DNA of 64,000 bases, from positions 1,656,827-1,720,826 of the forward strand of contig BDGG01000006.1 of the NCBI GenBank assembly GCA_001949185.1, read 5' to 3'. Under the pieces are notes generated by a model, which worked only from the letters and a program-made list of their open reading frames with translations, was not told the origin of the DNA and made no database searches. Shown piece by piece: positions 51,854 through 64,000 of the stretch (positions within the stretch are counted from its first letter, which is position 1; each line of letters starts with the position of its first letter). This DNA comes from Ramazzottius varieornatus. Its lineage: Eukaryota > Animalia > Tardigrada. The position numbers and the translations under genes were made by a program.

Positions 51854-53530
51854 TCAGTCGGAGCTGGATGAGGACGAGCTTGAAGAGCGTCGTGACCATC
51901 CTCCTCTGCCATGTCCGCCGTATCCTCCGTGATGATGCCGACCGCCTCCCATGCCGCCCATCATCCTGCTCAATCCCATTCCCAGTGCGGCAGCACCCAG
52001 TCCTCCAGCCAGACCAGGTCCCAGCAAACCTCCACCCGCCTTATGCCCTGTATGGCCGTATTGCTGATGCCCACAGTGGTTTCCTCCCATCGCCCCACCC
52101 ATGCTGGGAAGGCCCAAACCGGCCAAAAGACCGCGTTGCTTGTTACCCTTCTTGTACATCTTATTCTTTTTTCCGGGATAGAGTAGCGGTGCTGCCAATG
52201 TGGCCAAAGTTCCCAAGGCTCCAACGGCGGCGGCACCAGTCTGCAAAGGAAATGCCGTTTTGACCATGACGATAAAAATTTTCGAGAGGAAAGTATCGGA
52301 CGATGTACAGTATATGCAATAATACCAACCGGAAGCATCCCCATTAGTCCCAAACTTTTTGGGGCAGCCGGTGTCGAAGTCGAAGAAGCGTTGTGGGAGG
52401 GTTGAGCAGGTGTGTGACTAGAGTGTGAGGTACCAGAGGCGGTGCCATACAGGTTTGCAGGAGGAGCAGGCCAACCGCTGGTTTGATTGGGATTGATGTC
52501 GGCAGTTGACTGTGCCGGGTGGTATGACGGTGATGAAACCTGGAAACAGAAGCAACGGTGACGAAAGGGAAGGGATGCGGTCGCAGGCGAGATGCAAATG
52601 GAGAAACGCACAGGTTCACCGAGACCACCGGGGAACTCGAGTTGGAGCTTTGTGACAGTAACTTGTCCGTCCGCCGTTATGTACCGTATCCTTGTCGGGT
52701 CTAGCCGGTGAGAAAACTCGCAAAAATGCTGATTGTTGATGGCAACCTACAACAAGCCCGAATCAATGCGTTAAAACACATGCCTGATTTTTCCAAGACC
52801 ATATTATATAGTCTTGAATTCAACGTCGATACATGCTGTCTTCACAGTGTCGCGTCTATCTAAAAGTGTTTTATCGTAACTGGCAAATTTTCTACCCACG
52901 TTCCTGTCGTGAAATTCCTCATACTGTATAATTGCCTACCATGAAAGCGCGTCTCTGAACCAGGATCAATATCTGAAAGGGCTCCATTCTCCGCACATGA
53001 CAGTTAGGATGTTCAACCGGATTACCCCATGTGTTATGCTCTATGGTGTTGGTTGTGAGACTACAGCTGTGTCCGGAGAAGTTGAAACCCAAATGGAAAG
53101 CGACGTCGTCACGAGGATTAACATTGGGGCCTGTCTGAAGATTGATGGCAAAACGCTGCGATTCCACGGACGCCCAGCCTTCCACCAGGAACATTCCATG
53201 ATCCGGAAGCTCCCCAGGTAGCTGGTAGATGAATGGAACAGCCTGTTGATAATATGAAGAGACGCAGTCAACAAACTGTTGATAATATAAAGAGGCGTCA
53301 AATGTGCAATACGAAATACTTTCAGCCAGATATTGTACGCACACCCGAATGTCGAACGCATACTACAGAATGTGTACTAACATTCGAATTTCGTTAATAT
53401 CACTGTTGTTTCAAAAGAATTCTGAACCGCCAATATGTTTTTTCGTCATCAAAAACAATAGCCCTGTGGAAAAGGAATTCGAAAAGACAAATTTGAGAAT
53501 TACCAACCGGCGACCATACTGGTTGACCAT
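51854..53530 (-). CDS. Galectin-related protein: N-terminal galectin domain followed by a Pro/Ser/His- and Gly-rich tail ending in poly-Ser-Asp
   Basis: AVPFIYQLPG..RFAINLQTGP..DDVAFHL..NT...WG..PFQILI..|VAINNQHFCEFSHR..IRYITADGQV; tail exons ~52540-52330 and ~52242-51854. The first exon (ATG 53530) is tentative. Confidence 0.85.
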
Positions 53531-54560
53531 AGTAAAGGACAGACATCGGAACTCAGAGTTTTGCAAGGCCGACCTGGAATACCGAAATCTCCACCGAAAA
53601 AGAAACAGTTTGTTCTTTGACAAGCTGATCAGCTGTACTGAGTTGCAGTTGACTTTGCTCGCCGAGCTTCTGTTCTGTGAAAGCACATGTTGAGTTTGTC
53701 GTGTGAGATGTGATTATCGATACGGAGTACCGTCATGAAGAGTTATGGCTGTGTGGAGCTTTTTATAAGTACACGCACGATGGGTAAGTATGGGACAGTA
53801 AAAAGTATGGGACAGGTCTTTTCGCTACGGCGGCACGGGCAGGTAATTCTTACCATAAGTAAAAACCAGCACTGAAGGCTGCTTTGCTGTACGTACGTGT
53901 TGAGTATTAGGCCAAGGAGCTGAAGATGTCGATTTATAACAGCAGATAGATCTCTGTTTCGCCGGAACAACCGTACTTTCAACAGTCACAGGAGCATATC
54001 ATGCAAAACATAGAATCTCTAGTAACAAAAGGACTCGGAATCGAAAGTCATTGGGACAAACGAGGTATCTATTGCAGTTTTGTCTTGCTCCCATCTAGGT
54101 AACGGAGAAGCCCTCCGTAAGCATCGCTGTGTGATTCGCCATAACGAGCCCATGGGTGAAACTCCACACGAAAACTCGGGGATCTTACTATCAATAGCAA
54201 CGGACAGTATTCCCTAAAAGTCTCCACCAGGACGTTTCAATCTTCACTTCCAAAGGGATGGGCAAAACCTTAGTCCTACACGTAAGGCAAAAGGTTCATT
54301 TATATATTGGGCAGTCAGGGCAATATATACCCACAATACCACGATCTGTGGGCTTCACCTGTTACGTTCTGTAGAACCGCTACCCTTTTTCATGGTGAAT
54401 TAAGAAATCTAATCGCATATGAAGAAGCGGGAAGCAGATGTCGAAGATGTAGTACAGTAGTTCCCTATGAGAAATCGTACGTTGAAATAAGCGGACACTG
54501 TTGTCTTGCCCTTAGCTAAACCGGGCACGTCTACTGTGCACTACGAAAATCGACGTTGAT

Positions 54561-55064
54561 GTAAGGATGCCCATTCCGTTTTCCGCTCCATTCCTATAAT
54601 TCCACCTGGAAGATAGGAATTCCGCTCCGTTCCGGCTGAGCCCGATTCGGAACACTAGAATTCCGAATCGGAATACAAGGATCTGGCCGGAATTCCGCTT
54701 ATCAAAATCTGGTCTTGCACAGCGGAATTCCAGTTTTTTGCGCCTATTGGTCGAGTTTTGGTGTCCTTTTTGCTCACTACATAGAAGCAGAGCAAACTAA
54801 CTCGACAAAAGCGATCTCGAAGTGGCGCATGTTGTCATTATAACTGGCTGGATTTGCGCGCCACTTGGAAGCGATCTTGCTGAGCTTGTTAGACGGGCCT
54901 AAATAGAGCTCCCGACCGGTTTTTTGCTTCTTTAACTGCCTCATTGAAATTCCGATTTTCGGTTGAGCCGTTTTAGGAAACGGAAATTAGGAAAATAGGA
55001 AAACTAGGAATTCCTTTCCGAATTCCGTTCCAGCAAGCAAGTCAGGCAGAATGGGCATCCTTAC
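54561..55064. mobile_element. MITE-like TIR element with internal TTCCG/GGAAT repeats and one nested GTGGCGC palindrome (54820-54866)
   Basis: Perfect 16-bp TIR GTAAGGATGCCCATTC / GAATGGGCATCCTTAC. Confidence 0.75.
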
Positions 55065-55951
55065 CTTAATGGGATAAGAAACTGGCTGTACGGCATCGAT
55101 GTCAGTTTTCGCTTGGTTCACATGGGGTCCAAACTTATCCTAGTGTTGTAACTGGCCAGATCTGAGAGGAGGGAACCAAGTCTAACCAATCAACTAGTTT
55201 GAGGAATTTGTGAATTTCAGATCTTGATGACGTCATCAGCTGGTTTTTCACACCAACACACAATGACATTTTGTCTCACTTCCCGATCTATAGTCAGTGC
55301 TCATCTGACCTGACACCTGGTTGCAGTACCCTGTGCTGGACATTTCAGATTAAATGGGGACGAACTGGGCATCTCATTGGCTCGAAAGAAAATCCTAACA
55401 GAGTAACGCCGGAAACGGCGGATGTCATACTTTAGCTTGTCCAAATTATCCTGTGCAGATGGACGATGGTCACCGTCCTTAGAAGATGGACTAATGTTTT
55501 GTCGAGGCAAAGCAAAAAAGCTCAGACAGAAAGAATCGAACGGGCGTTAGAAAATTTGAAAATACCACCGCTTTGGGACCGTTTTGGCCCCATCCCTATT
55601 GATCACTTTTCGACGGAACTACGATCAAGCGCCATTGATGAGAAATATGCCGAATTTTGTTAACTGTGCGATGGAGGAATGTCATCGACGTCGAAAATTT
55701 TTCTCGAATATGGCGTTTGAATGGGAAATAAGTCCCGGAAATAAAATCATACTTGAGAAACGTAAATCATGAGAGAGAAACGTAAACATAAAAATCGACG
55801 TAGACCTTCGCGTCCCATCAATGATAAAGACCGAAAAAAATTCTAAAATCACATAAGGGTGAGATACATATTACAGTGAAGAAAAAGAGGAAACAAGCCC
55901 ACCTGAGAATCATGAGCAAATACTGTTCAAAGAAGTGAGCAATTTGTTAAA

Positions 55952-56933
55952 CTAATCGAAGGCCCTTGTAGCCTTCTGGCTGCCTATCATCGCATGGACG
56001 CTTTGGAATCTTTTGCTTAGCGAACCCGGCATCAGGGAAGCCATTTTCAAACCACGACCCAGTCTCATCCCGAACATTGATAGAGGAGTGTCAGAGCCCA
56101 ATTGTTGAGCAGCTTTTACTTGAAGATCTTTGGCGACGACATAGCCTAGCTCGTCCAACTGAACAATATACGGAAGAGCTGCAGTCCGCGAAATCTCCTT
56201 CTGTGCAGCCACCACTGCAACATGTCGTCTGTCCCGTGCCCCGGTAGGACCTTGCGAAAGAGCCAGTGCGGGTTCAGGTTCTTCTGCTGCGAATGGACTG
56301 CTAACATCGATAAAGACGTCGACAGGAAACTTCACATCCTTGATAATGTCGATCACGGTTAGGTTCCTACAAGGCAAAGCAGCTCAGGGTCCAGTTTAGC
56401 ACGTGATCTACTACATAACAGAATCGTATCCAAATCACATGACAGTTTGCTTACGAGGGGAGGTTCGTGTTGTTTGAAGGACTATATACGACCGGAGGAC
56501 ATTCTGTTTCCGATGACTCGTGCAAAAGTGGGCTTGAACCGATCTCGAGAGGAGGTTGAATCACCCTTTTGGGTTGAGTCGTCTGCTTTCGCGATCGTCG
56601 ACGAGGCCTCTTGAGAGGTTACTCCAACCATCGTCCATCAAGTTGAGAATCCCGCTCCCGCCGCTCATTATAGGCGCTTAGAAGATCCGGACAATCGACC
56701 TGTTGCGCCGGAAGCCACGAATGGCTTGCAGCGCTGTAACGTTTCCACCGAATTTTGTAGTGGCTTACACTGTTTATCACTTTGTCATCAACGATTTCCT
56801 TCACTTCGTAGGGTAAATACTGGACAGGAACAGGAGGAATATCAAGAGAAATCCTCCTGGACTGCATGCGCTGTATAAAAGTCAGCAGTTTCTTGTAGCG
56901 GTCCGTTCCTGACAGTGGTCTTCCTTTGCCCAT
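55952..56933 (-). pseudogene. Chromodomain gene with an in-frame stop after the chromodomain
   Basis: YEVKEIVDDK..HYKIRWKRYSAASHSWLPAQQVDCPDLL. The frame continues past TAA (56619-56621) as PLKRPRRRSRK.., and a phase-2 GTAAGC..TTGTAG intron joins ORF 55952-56377. Confidence 0.7.
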
Positions 56934-57355
56934 CGCTAATTCTGCGGCTGTCGATTGTAGAAGTTTCTATCCAGAAGTAGCGAAGAAAAACACGGGATGA
57001 GGAGACAGGTGATCGAGTGTGATAGGAAAGATGCAGATGAGAATAATATCAAACGGAAACATCCGTGCCTTTTATATAGTGGACATATAGGCGACCGTTG
57101 TCATCACAGTGTTGTCTGCCAGTACCAGCTATAATGTAACATATGGCGCGTCGCTCGGACACTGGTCTATAGGCTTTATGCACTATAGGGAATATTTTTC
57201 TGATTGGAATTGTCATATGACGGGACTTAGGATTCAAGTGGCATTGAGACTAGCACGTCAACTGAGGTACTGTCAGTTTGTATCGATGATCTTTCTTTTC
57301 TACTTTTCGAATTATTGCGTGACCGTTCTTTAGGTTAGCAGCGATTTTCAGTACC

Positions 57356-57890
57356 ATGAGAAACCAAATTTTTGACAATTCGCATCTGCGAGAAACACTG
57401 GTAGTCCTATGGACATCATCATGGCTTAGTCGGAACACGACTGACATAATTGCAGTGCCGATCAACACCAACGTCCAGGACGAAGCTTTGAAGCATGTCA
57501 TCATCACTGCCAACGCCAAAGTGGTCATCGTGGGCCAAGACCTTCTAGATGACCAACTGTCGATCCAGCCAGATCTCCCCACCGTCCAGCGAACCCTTCT
57601 CCTCTGCGAGAATCGAGACCTCACAGAGGGAAAGACCGATTTGCCGTGCTTGGATGAACTGTTGAAGGAGCAATCGCCGACTAAACCGGAAGTGCGAAGG
57701 GCAGTGGGCTACTGCGACACGGTCTACTACATTTACACGTCGGGAACTACTAACTTAGGTTACCTAGGCCATACCTCACCAGCACCGCGCCCCAACCGTC
57801 TGTACACTTAAGCCGTTTCTCATCATTACATCATCAGGATCAGGATTCAGAAGGGAGGATGTGCTGTGCTACACACTCCCGTTGTACCAC
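57356..57890 (+). pseudogene. Fragment of a fatty-acid transport protein / very-long-chain acyl-CoA synthetase (SLC27 family)
   Basis: PINTN...LKH, AMP-binding YIYTSGTT followed by a scrambled GLPKA, then EDVLCYTLPLYH; the rest of the gene is absent. Confidence 0.8.
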
Positions 57891-57915
57891 AGGTAACCCA
57901 GTGGTACAACGGGAG
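57876..57915. repeat. Perfect 15-bp hairpin at the FATP truncation point
   Basis: CTCCCGTTGTACCAC-AGGTAACCCA-GTGGTACAACGGGAG. Confidence 0.9.
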
Positions 57916-60084
57916 CAAGACTGGTGGTCCAGCTAGCTATCATTCCCGGGTGTTATTGGTAGTCCACTCAGAAGCCACGTCAACGCTCGAAGGATAGCGC
58001 ATCACGGAAGCCTGGATCGCCTCTCCACATCAACGCCTGCAATGCCGAAGAAAAAGATCCCGACGAAATCTTCAACGAGGCCGATCTCAGTGATAGCGAT
58101 TACCACCCTTCCACAGATCCTAACTACAGAGAAAGTAAGCGAGCCTACAGTTCGTTTCGGCCGCAGTACTCTTCCATACTGTTCTTGGTTTATTTCTTGA
58201 AGAGACTAGGTTCACCAACAGCGAAGACAGGGATAGTGTCAACATCTCCGGGAGTGACAAATATGGAGGTAAGTGGCTTACCAAATTTAATTTAATTTTG
58301 CACGCAATCCGGCAATTGTGTTCGCTTCCTTTGCACAGACGAAAACAGCGGCGGTAAGAATGGAGATACAACAAAAGACTATACTGCAGAGCAGATTGAG
58401 GAATTTGTTCGGAAACGGGAGGAATTGCTGAAGGAAGCTGAAACTGAGTGCCAAAATAATTTTGCGTGATGCAGTGTAGAATTAGCTTAGCTATGAAAAC
58501 TCCTCGAATAGGAATGAAAGTCTTTGCTTATTTGTTGCTCATCATAGTGATCAATCGGATTTTGAAATCAGCGGGACATTCCAGACCATCACGCACGCCC
58601 AAGATACAAGGGAAAAATCACCTCTGTTCGGTTCCTTGAGTGTATCAGTCTAATGATAGTATCGTATTACAGTTCCGGCCATCAACTGTTCATTCAACGC
58701 AGATCCAGCAGCAGTCGACCGCACTCTGTTCCAGCGACTGCAGCCGAAGTCTCCAATATGGGTCAGACAAGCAACATTGCAGCAAGCGCAGAAAAGGGCG
58801 AAGGACATGGACAACTACGCACGAAAGCTGATGTGGAAACTCTTGATCCCTGACGATGATATTATCGCTCTCTCAAAGACGAAGACGAAAGGCGTGGGGT
58901 TTGCGAAGCTTTTCGTCTCGGAGAACTTCACGTCGTTTACGGTAAGCCTGCTGTAACGCAACCAGCCCGCTTTCGTACTTTTGACAGTCGTTTTTCTTTG
59001 CAGATCACGTTCTCAAGTTCAAGAAAACCAAGGAAGGATTGACGGGAGGAAAGTGGAATAACCAGATAACATCCGAAGTTGAACTACGTAAACGATTCAT
59101 TAGCACTTTCGATCGCAAAATGTCTCGTGTACTTAAGCACACTGAAAATCCACAATCCGACTAGTTCCTCCTTTCAATGGCCTCTTCCTCTTTGGTCCTT
59201 AATGCTAGAAATCGATATGTATGGACAATTTTCAATTGTGAATTTTGTAGCCAGCCATCGGCTTACTATTACGAGCTGGTTCACCAGCCGAATAAAAACC
59301 TGAAGGATCACGAAATTTTCGCGGTTTATTTCCTTGTAGATGACTTTCATCCAGCGTTTTCTCATCAGCGAATCTCGCGAAACAAAGCTCACGCTACACT
59401 TCCACGTTCACTTTTCTCGTGGGTGGTATCTGCATTGCATTTCCCGACACCGACAAATTTTCTCTACGTTTAACGACCTTTTTTGACAAGAGAAATCCAT
59501 CTGTCAGAAAATACGATGGAAAGTCATGAATGGCGCCAATCAGGATCTTTGTGATCGATAGGGCATGGTGCGCAGAATGATAATATACTATTGATAGCTT
59601 TGCGTCGCACAAGAATGGGATTGGGAAATCTAACCTTAGACGCCATATGAAAGCTGTGTCCGCAACGTTTCGATTGCCGACAACTCCTTTTCTACTTTGC
59701 TGCCCCGCGATACATCAAGCAGTGCATTGGCCGTATAATCTCCGGCGTTACGACCAGGAGTTTTACCTTTGTTCAAGATCATCCATACCGAGAAGACCAA
59801 ACCTCTAAACCACGTACGGGCTACGATTCCATGATACATAAACTACCGTAATTGCGCCAGTATAAATTATGTCCTTCCGCTGACGTTTACGATAAGATTT
59901 GTCTTTGAACTTATGCGCGGTTCATTGTGAGACAGATAGGCGCCGTGTTTCGATCACGCTTCCTGCCGGAAACATACCCCGTACGAAATACTTTGCGACT
60001 AGAGCTCAAGGAGGGTTACTGGATATTTAAAACTCTGAACCAGTTGAAATAGCCTCCTGCAGTGTTGGGAAAGAGCTCCGTACA

Positions 60085-61867
60085 ATGGGTACTAAAAGCC
60101 ATCTTGATGACAAACCGAGGCTGACGGTCACTCTGTTGACGGTTGCCCTCACCGTCTCTTTCGGAACATGGTTCGCCATGGGATACTTGCTAGTTGCGCT
60201 GAACGGTCTCCAGTTTACCATCGTCAACTGGATCCGCTCGGTGAAATGCCAACGACTGGGAGGTTTGACTCCTCAAAATATCAGCCAGTCCAGATCGGCT
60301 GATTTGGACCTGTGGTGTCGACCATACGAGCTGGAAGACGAAGGCAACATCCTGGTGGAAAACGCAGAACTCAATACCATCTGGGCCATATCATCTTCTG
60401 TTATTGCGCTCGGGGGAGTGCTGGCTCTTTTCACCTGCAGAACGGCGATCGACAGGCTGGGCCAGAAGGGCTCCTTGTGGTTCACCGCTGGGTTGTTCAC
60501 TACAGGTGCGCTGATATTCGCCTCGTCAAAATGGGCTGCCTCCTTCGAGATGCTCATAGTGGGCCGATTCATCGTGGGAGGCTCCATGGCCTATATCTGT
60601 GTGGTGGCGCCACTGTATATTGCTGAACTGACGCCACCGGCGCTGCGGGGCGCTGTAGGTACTATTCCATCCATGTAAGTTTGGTAGCCTGGTATTTCTC
60701 GCAGAATAATATCATCCAGATGGTTAGATCAAGAGGCGCAAGTTGACAGTGTTCTCAGCTGAGTGAGTGCGCCACTCGGGTAAACAATCTGGTAAATGCC
60801 TATACGGGTACCCACATCATAAGTATTTCTCGATCGCAAATCAGCGTTCCTTCCCAGATTGTACAATGCTGGAATGGTGCTAGGAACGACCTCCAGCCTG
60901 CCCATGTTGCTCGGCACAGACGATCGCTGGCCTTTCCTCGTTCTGGTCCCTTTGATACCCGTGACGATTTCATCCATCACTCTCCGGTTCTTCCCCGATA
61001 GTCCTCGCAGTCTGCTTGCCGACCATCAGGCTGACAAAGCACGCGCGGCTTTGGCGTGGCTGCGAAGAAGCCAAGGAGTGGACGAAGAGCTAAGCGGTAT
61101 CCAGTCTGCCATCGACAACGAAGTCAACAGCGACCAGATCTTTGCCGTACGATTCTTTTGTACACCCTTCCTCCGCTCGACCTTTATGATTTGCTTCGCA
61201 GCAATGATTGCCCAACAGTTCTCCGGCTATCAGTGCATTGTCTTCTACTCCACGTTCATCTTTAACAGTGTCGGCTTAACTCAAGTCAATGCCGTCTACG
61301 CGACTACAGGTATGTAAGCTGTGAACAAGAGCCTTACAATATGACGAGCGTTGTTCACACCGGTTGCATTTTTCAGGTCTATGGGTGACGCTCATGTGCG
61401 CCGCACTTGTATCGTCTTTCCTGACGGAACGACTGGGCCGAAGAGTCCTATTGTTGACCGGTAACCTCTTCGAAGGCTTATCACTGGTCATCCTGGTGAT
61501 CTCGATGGCCATGACGAGACAAGGCATAGAGTGGACGAAGAACGTTAGCGTGGCATGCTTGTATACGTTTGTCGCTTCGCATGGTTTGGGTCCCTTGGCG
61601 GTGCCGTGGATTTTGCCGACGGAACTGTTTAGCGCTCAGGCCAGTGCGACAGCTATGACCGCATCGGCAGTCACATCATGGGGCTCCTCCCTGCTGACGA
61701 CATTCACCTTCCCAGTAGTGGTGGCCGCGGCGGAAGAGTACACTTTTATCATTTTCATCGTCATCTTGACCATGGCTTCCCTCTTTCTGTACTTCCGGCA
61801 GCCCGAGACCAAAGGTCGTTCGCTGGAAGAAGTACAAGCTATTCTGCGCCGCGGCAAAGATTACTGA
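60085..61867 (+). CDS. GLUT/SLC2A-family sugar porter (MFS), exons 60085-60674, 60859-61309 and 61377-61867
   Basis: SFEMLIVGRFIVG, PLYIAELTPPALRGAVG, PDSPR, QQFSG..FYST.IF, ERLGRR, PW....ELF, PETKGRSLEE. Confidence 0.93.
60731..60777. repeat. GTGGCGCAC-family palindrome in GLUT intron 1
   Basis: AAGAGGCGCAA-25-GTGCGCCACTC. Confidence 0.75.
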
Positions 61868-64000
61868 AGGAGATCCTGCCGAATGTGGCGACACCTAACG
61901 ACAGCTACAATGTCGAATATAGGGCACTGGGAAAGCACTGAAGAAATGGTCTCTGCGGTACTTGAGACCGAAAAACGTCAACGCAGCCAAGGTCATTTTA
62001 CAGCCAAACATCACTGCGGCCTCCAGTTACCGACCACGCATCTGTTTTGGCTATTTGATTAATTCGAGATGTCGCTTAAACACAATCCTCATTCATCTGC
62101 CCACGCTCAACGATCATTCGTATCGACGGTTAAAAACATATCCTCTCCATAACCACTGTCAAGCGCCCACATGTCAAATCAAAATAATATATTCAAGGTC
62201 AAAGGACGCGTTGCATGTTATTTATTACCCGTCGCCTAAAATTAGCTCCATCGGGGCAATGAAGTAATTGTAATGCGATGGAGAATGTGATGCCTCCAAA
62301 GCACGGATGAATTGTGCGACTAATTATCCATTTAGCCTAAAAAAAACATGATCATTTTTCTTCATACAGTTTGGCAGTTTTGCTGATGGTCCATAAAAAG
62401 GACCATTTGTGAGTGACGCTACTCCAACGCATATTTCAAAGGCGGCATTCGTGAAGTATTCACTGTCGATTTCCGGTAATGTGTTTTACTGCTGGAAAGA
62501 GGCGTGATGATCCATCAAACGTAACTACCAACAGAAAATGGAAATTCCCGTTGGTTTTTATTTATCCGCTTGACAACATGCTTACAGCCCGCAATGTTCG
62601 ATATCGATTAGACAAAGAAAGCGTGGCGCTCGGTGGAAAAAACCTAACCAATGACTTCCGCTGGTGTCTCTTCCTCTGCTTGGTAAAATGCTCAAGTAGA
62701 AAAAAGTTGAACAGTGGCTGTCAACGGCAATTATACAATGGAAGAGTCGAGTTGAGGAGGCTCGGATTTGGTTTCCAGTAGCCACAGCGGAGTCGACATG
62801 TCATTGAGATCGTTGAACTTGTACAGCCTTTCTTCGAGTTCGACTTTGCATATCCGAGTGCTTAGCGAGCAGCTCGCCGCGTAGACTACCGAGTGAGAGT
62901 ACTCAGTCGTAAACACGGATAGAAAAAGAAAGAGGAAAGAGCGCGTCGCGCATCGGAAGGAAGAAGGAAGGCGGATACCCCAATCCACTTGTTAATTGCA
63001 CAATGCGCGACTTACTATTCAGTACTAGCCTACAAACGCCAAGGGGAAGAAAAACAGAGTCTGGACCTTAATAGTGCGCTGCCAGCTTCGAACAACTGTA
63101 GCCATGTCAAGGCGGAGTAAGTCGGATGCATGCCTAGAGAACCCATACACATCGGCGCATTTCCATCCTTCTTGTTGTACAACTCTCTTCTGACAGATTC
63201 TTCATTTATGTGGGCATTTCGAGGGCAATGTTATATCATAAGATGCAACGCCCGGAGGGAAGTCAGATTCACACAAGCGTGAACATCTCGAGAAGATTGA
63301 CGAGCCGGCGATCGAGAACGTTTCCTTATCGCGTGCTTTTCTCTTTCATTCCTCGCTGATTTATTAATTTGGATGAAACCGTTTGTTGCGGTATGGAACA
63401 TACGGTGCGTCAAGTGGATATTGGGTATATCGTCGCCCTTCAATATTACTGTGTTAACGTAAAGATCATTAACGTAAAGTACTAGGTCCTTCATTTCGAC
63501 TTGTCAGCACGAGATAGCATAACCGACATACTGGGCGCTAACGGGCTCGGTTCTCTGCTGCTGTTGCTTCTGGCCTACTGTGCGCCATCCATCAGTGTCT
63601 CCTCGATCATTCTGTATGAATCCTCCCTTCCGGTGGAAATGAGCTTGCCGGATAATACTGTAAAGAGCGCCACGCACCATATGAGGCTGAAGTTGCGCGG
63701 TTGTGCTTCACTGTGGAACGACCACATTTTGAGCCGGCAGACCACATGGAGAATCCATCGTACAGTACTTTGAAGCGTTTTATGGATTTCGCCTGTTGAT
63801 CGATGTGGCTCTAGAATATACTTTTGTGGAAAGATATAGCTGGAACCTCTCGTCATGATGGGAAAATTTCCGATACCAAATGACCTTGGAGTATTCCAAT
63901 TTTACCTTAGGGACGTCAGTCACTTCCGCCTGTGAGGACTGCCTGCCAAGAGGTGCCTGGAATTTGTCACCCATCCTTCTCGGCCGTTGTTGTCGGCTTT

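Noticed and set aside
57990-59080. Acidic coding-like fragments, possibly a BEN-domain or transposon accessory gene
   Set aside because: Frames are broken and no diagnostic motif could be supported.
62731-64000. Minus-strand exon-like fragments at the right edge
   Set aside because: Could not be joined into a consistent model and show no recognisable domain.
1-64000. tRNA, rRNA or snRNA genes
   Set aside because: Scattered GGTTCGA-like words lack cloverleaf context; none could be supported by eye.

Overview
Compact, intron-containing animal genomic DNA with mostly 60-250 nt GT-AG introns. Gene content and style suggest an ecdysozoan, plausibly a tardigrade; this is inference only. Recognisable host genes are a divergent rhodopsin-class GPCR, an inositol-trisphosphate 3-kinase, a CUB-LDLa-trypsin protease, SHOC2/Sur-8, CDP-diacylglycerol synthase, an alpha7-type nicotinic receptor, an atypical galectin with a low-complexity tail, a divergent GLUT transporter, and a two-exon allatostatin-C-family neuropeptide precursor that the ORF track splits. 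Pseudogene-like BTB/BACK, chromodomain and FATP loci, a THAP ORF and several orphan ORFs lie between them. Many DNA-transposon derivatives are present: a decayed MULE with a 9-bp TSD, a hAT MITE, a Tc1/mariner MITE, and two TIR elements carrying coding-like cargo. The most striking unexplained structure is a family of about 19 palindromes, AAGTGGCGCAC-N25-GTGCGCCACTT. Their spacer length is conserved while the spacer sequence drifts, and they sit almost only in introns of unrelated genes. All exon boundaries and counts were read by eye; no searches were run.
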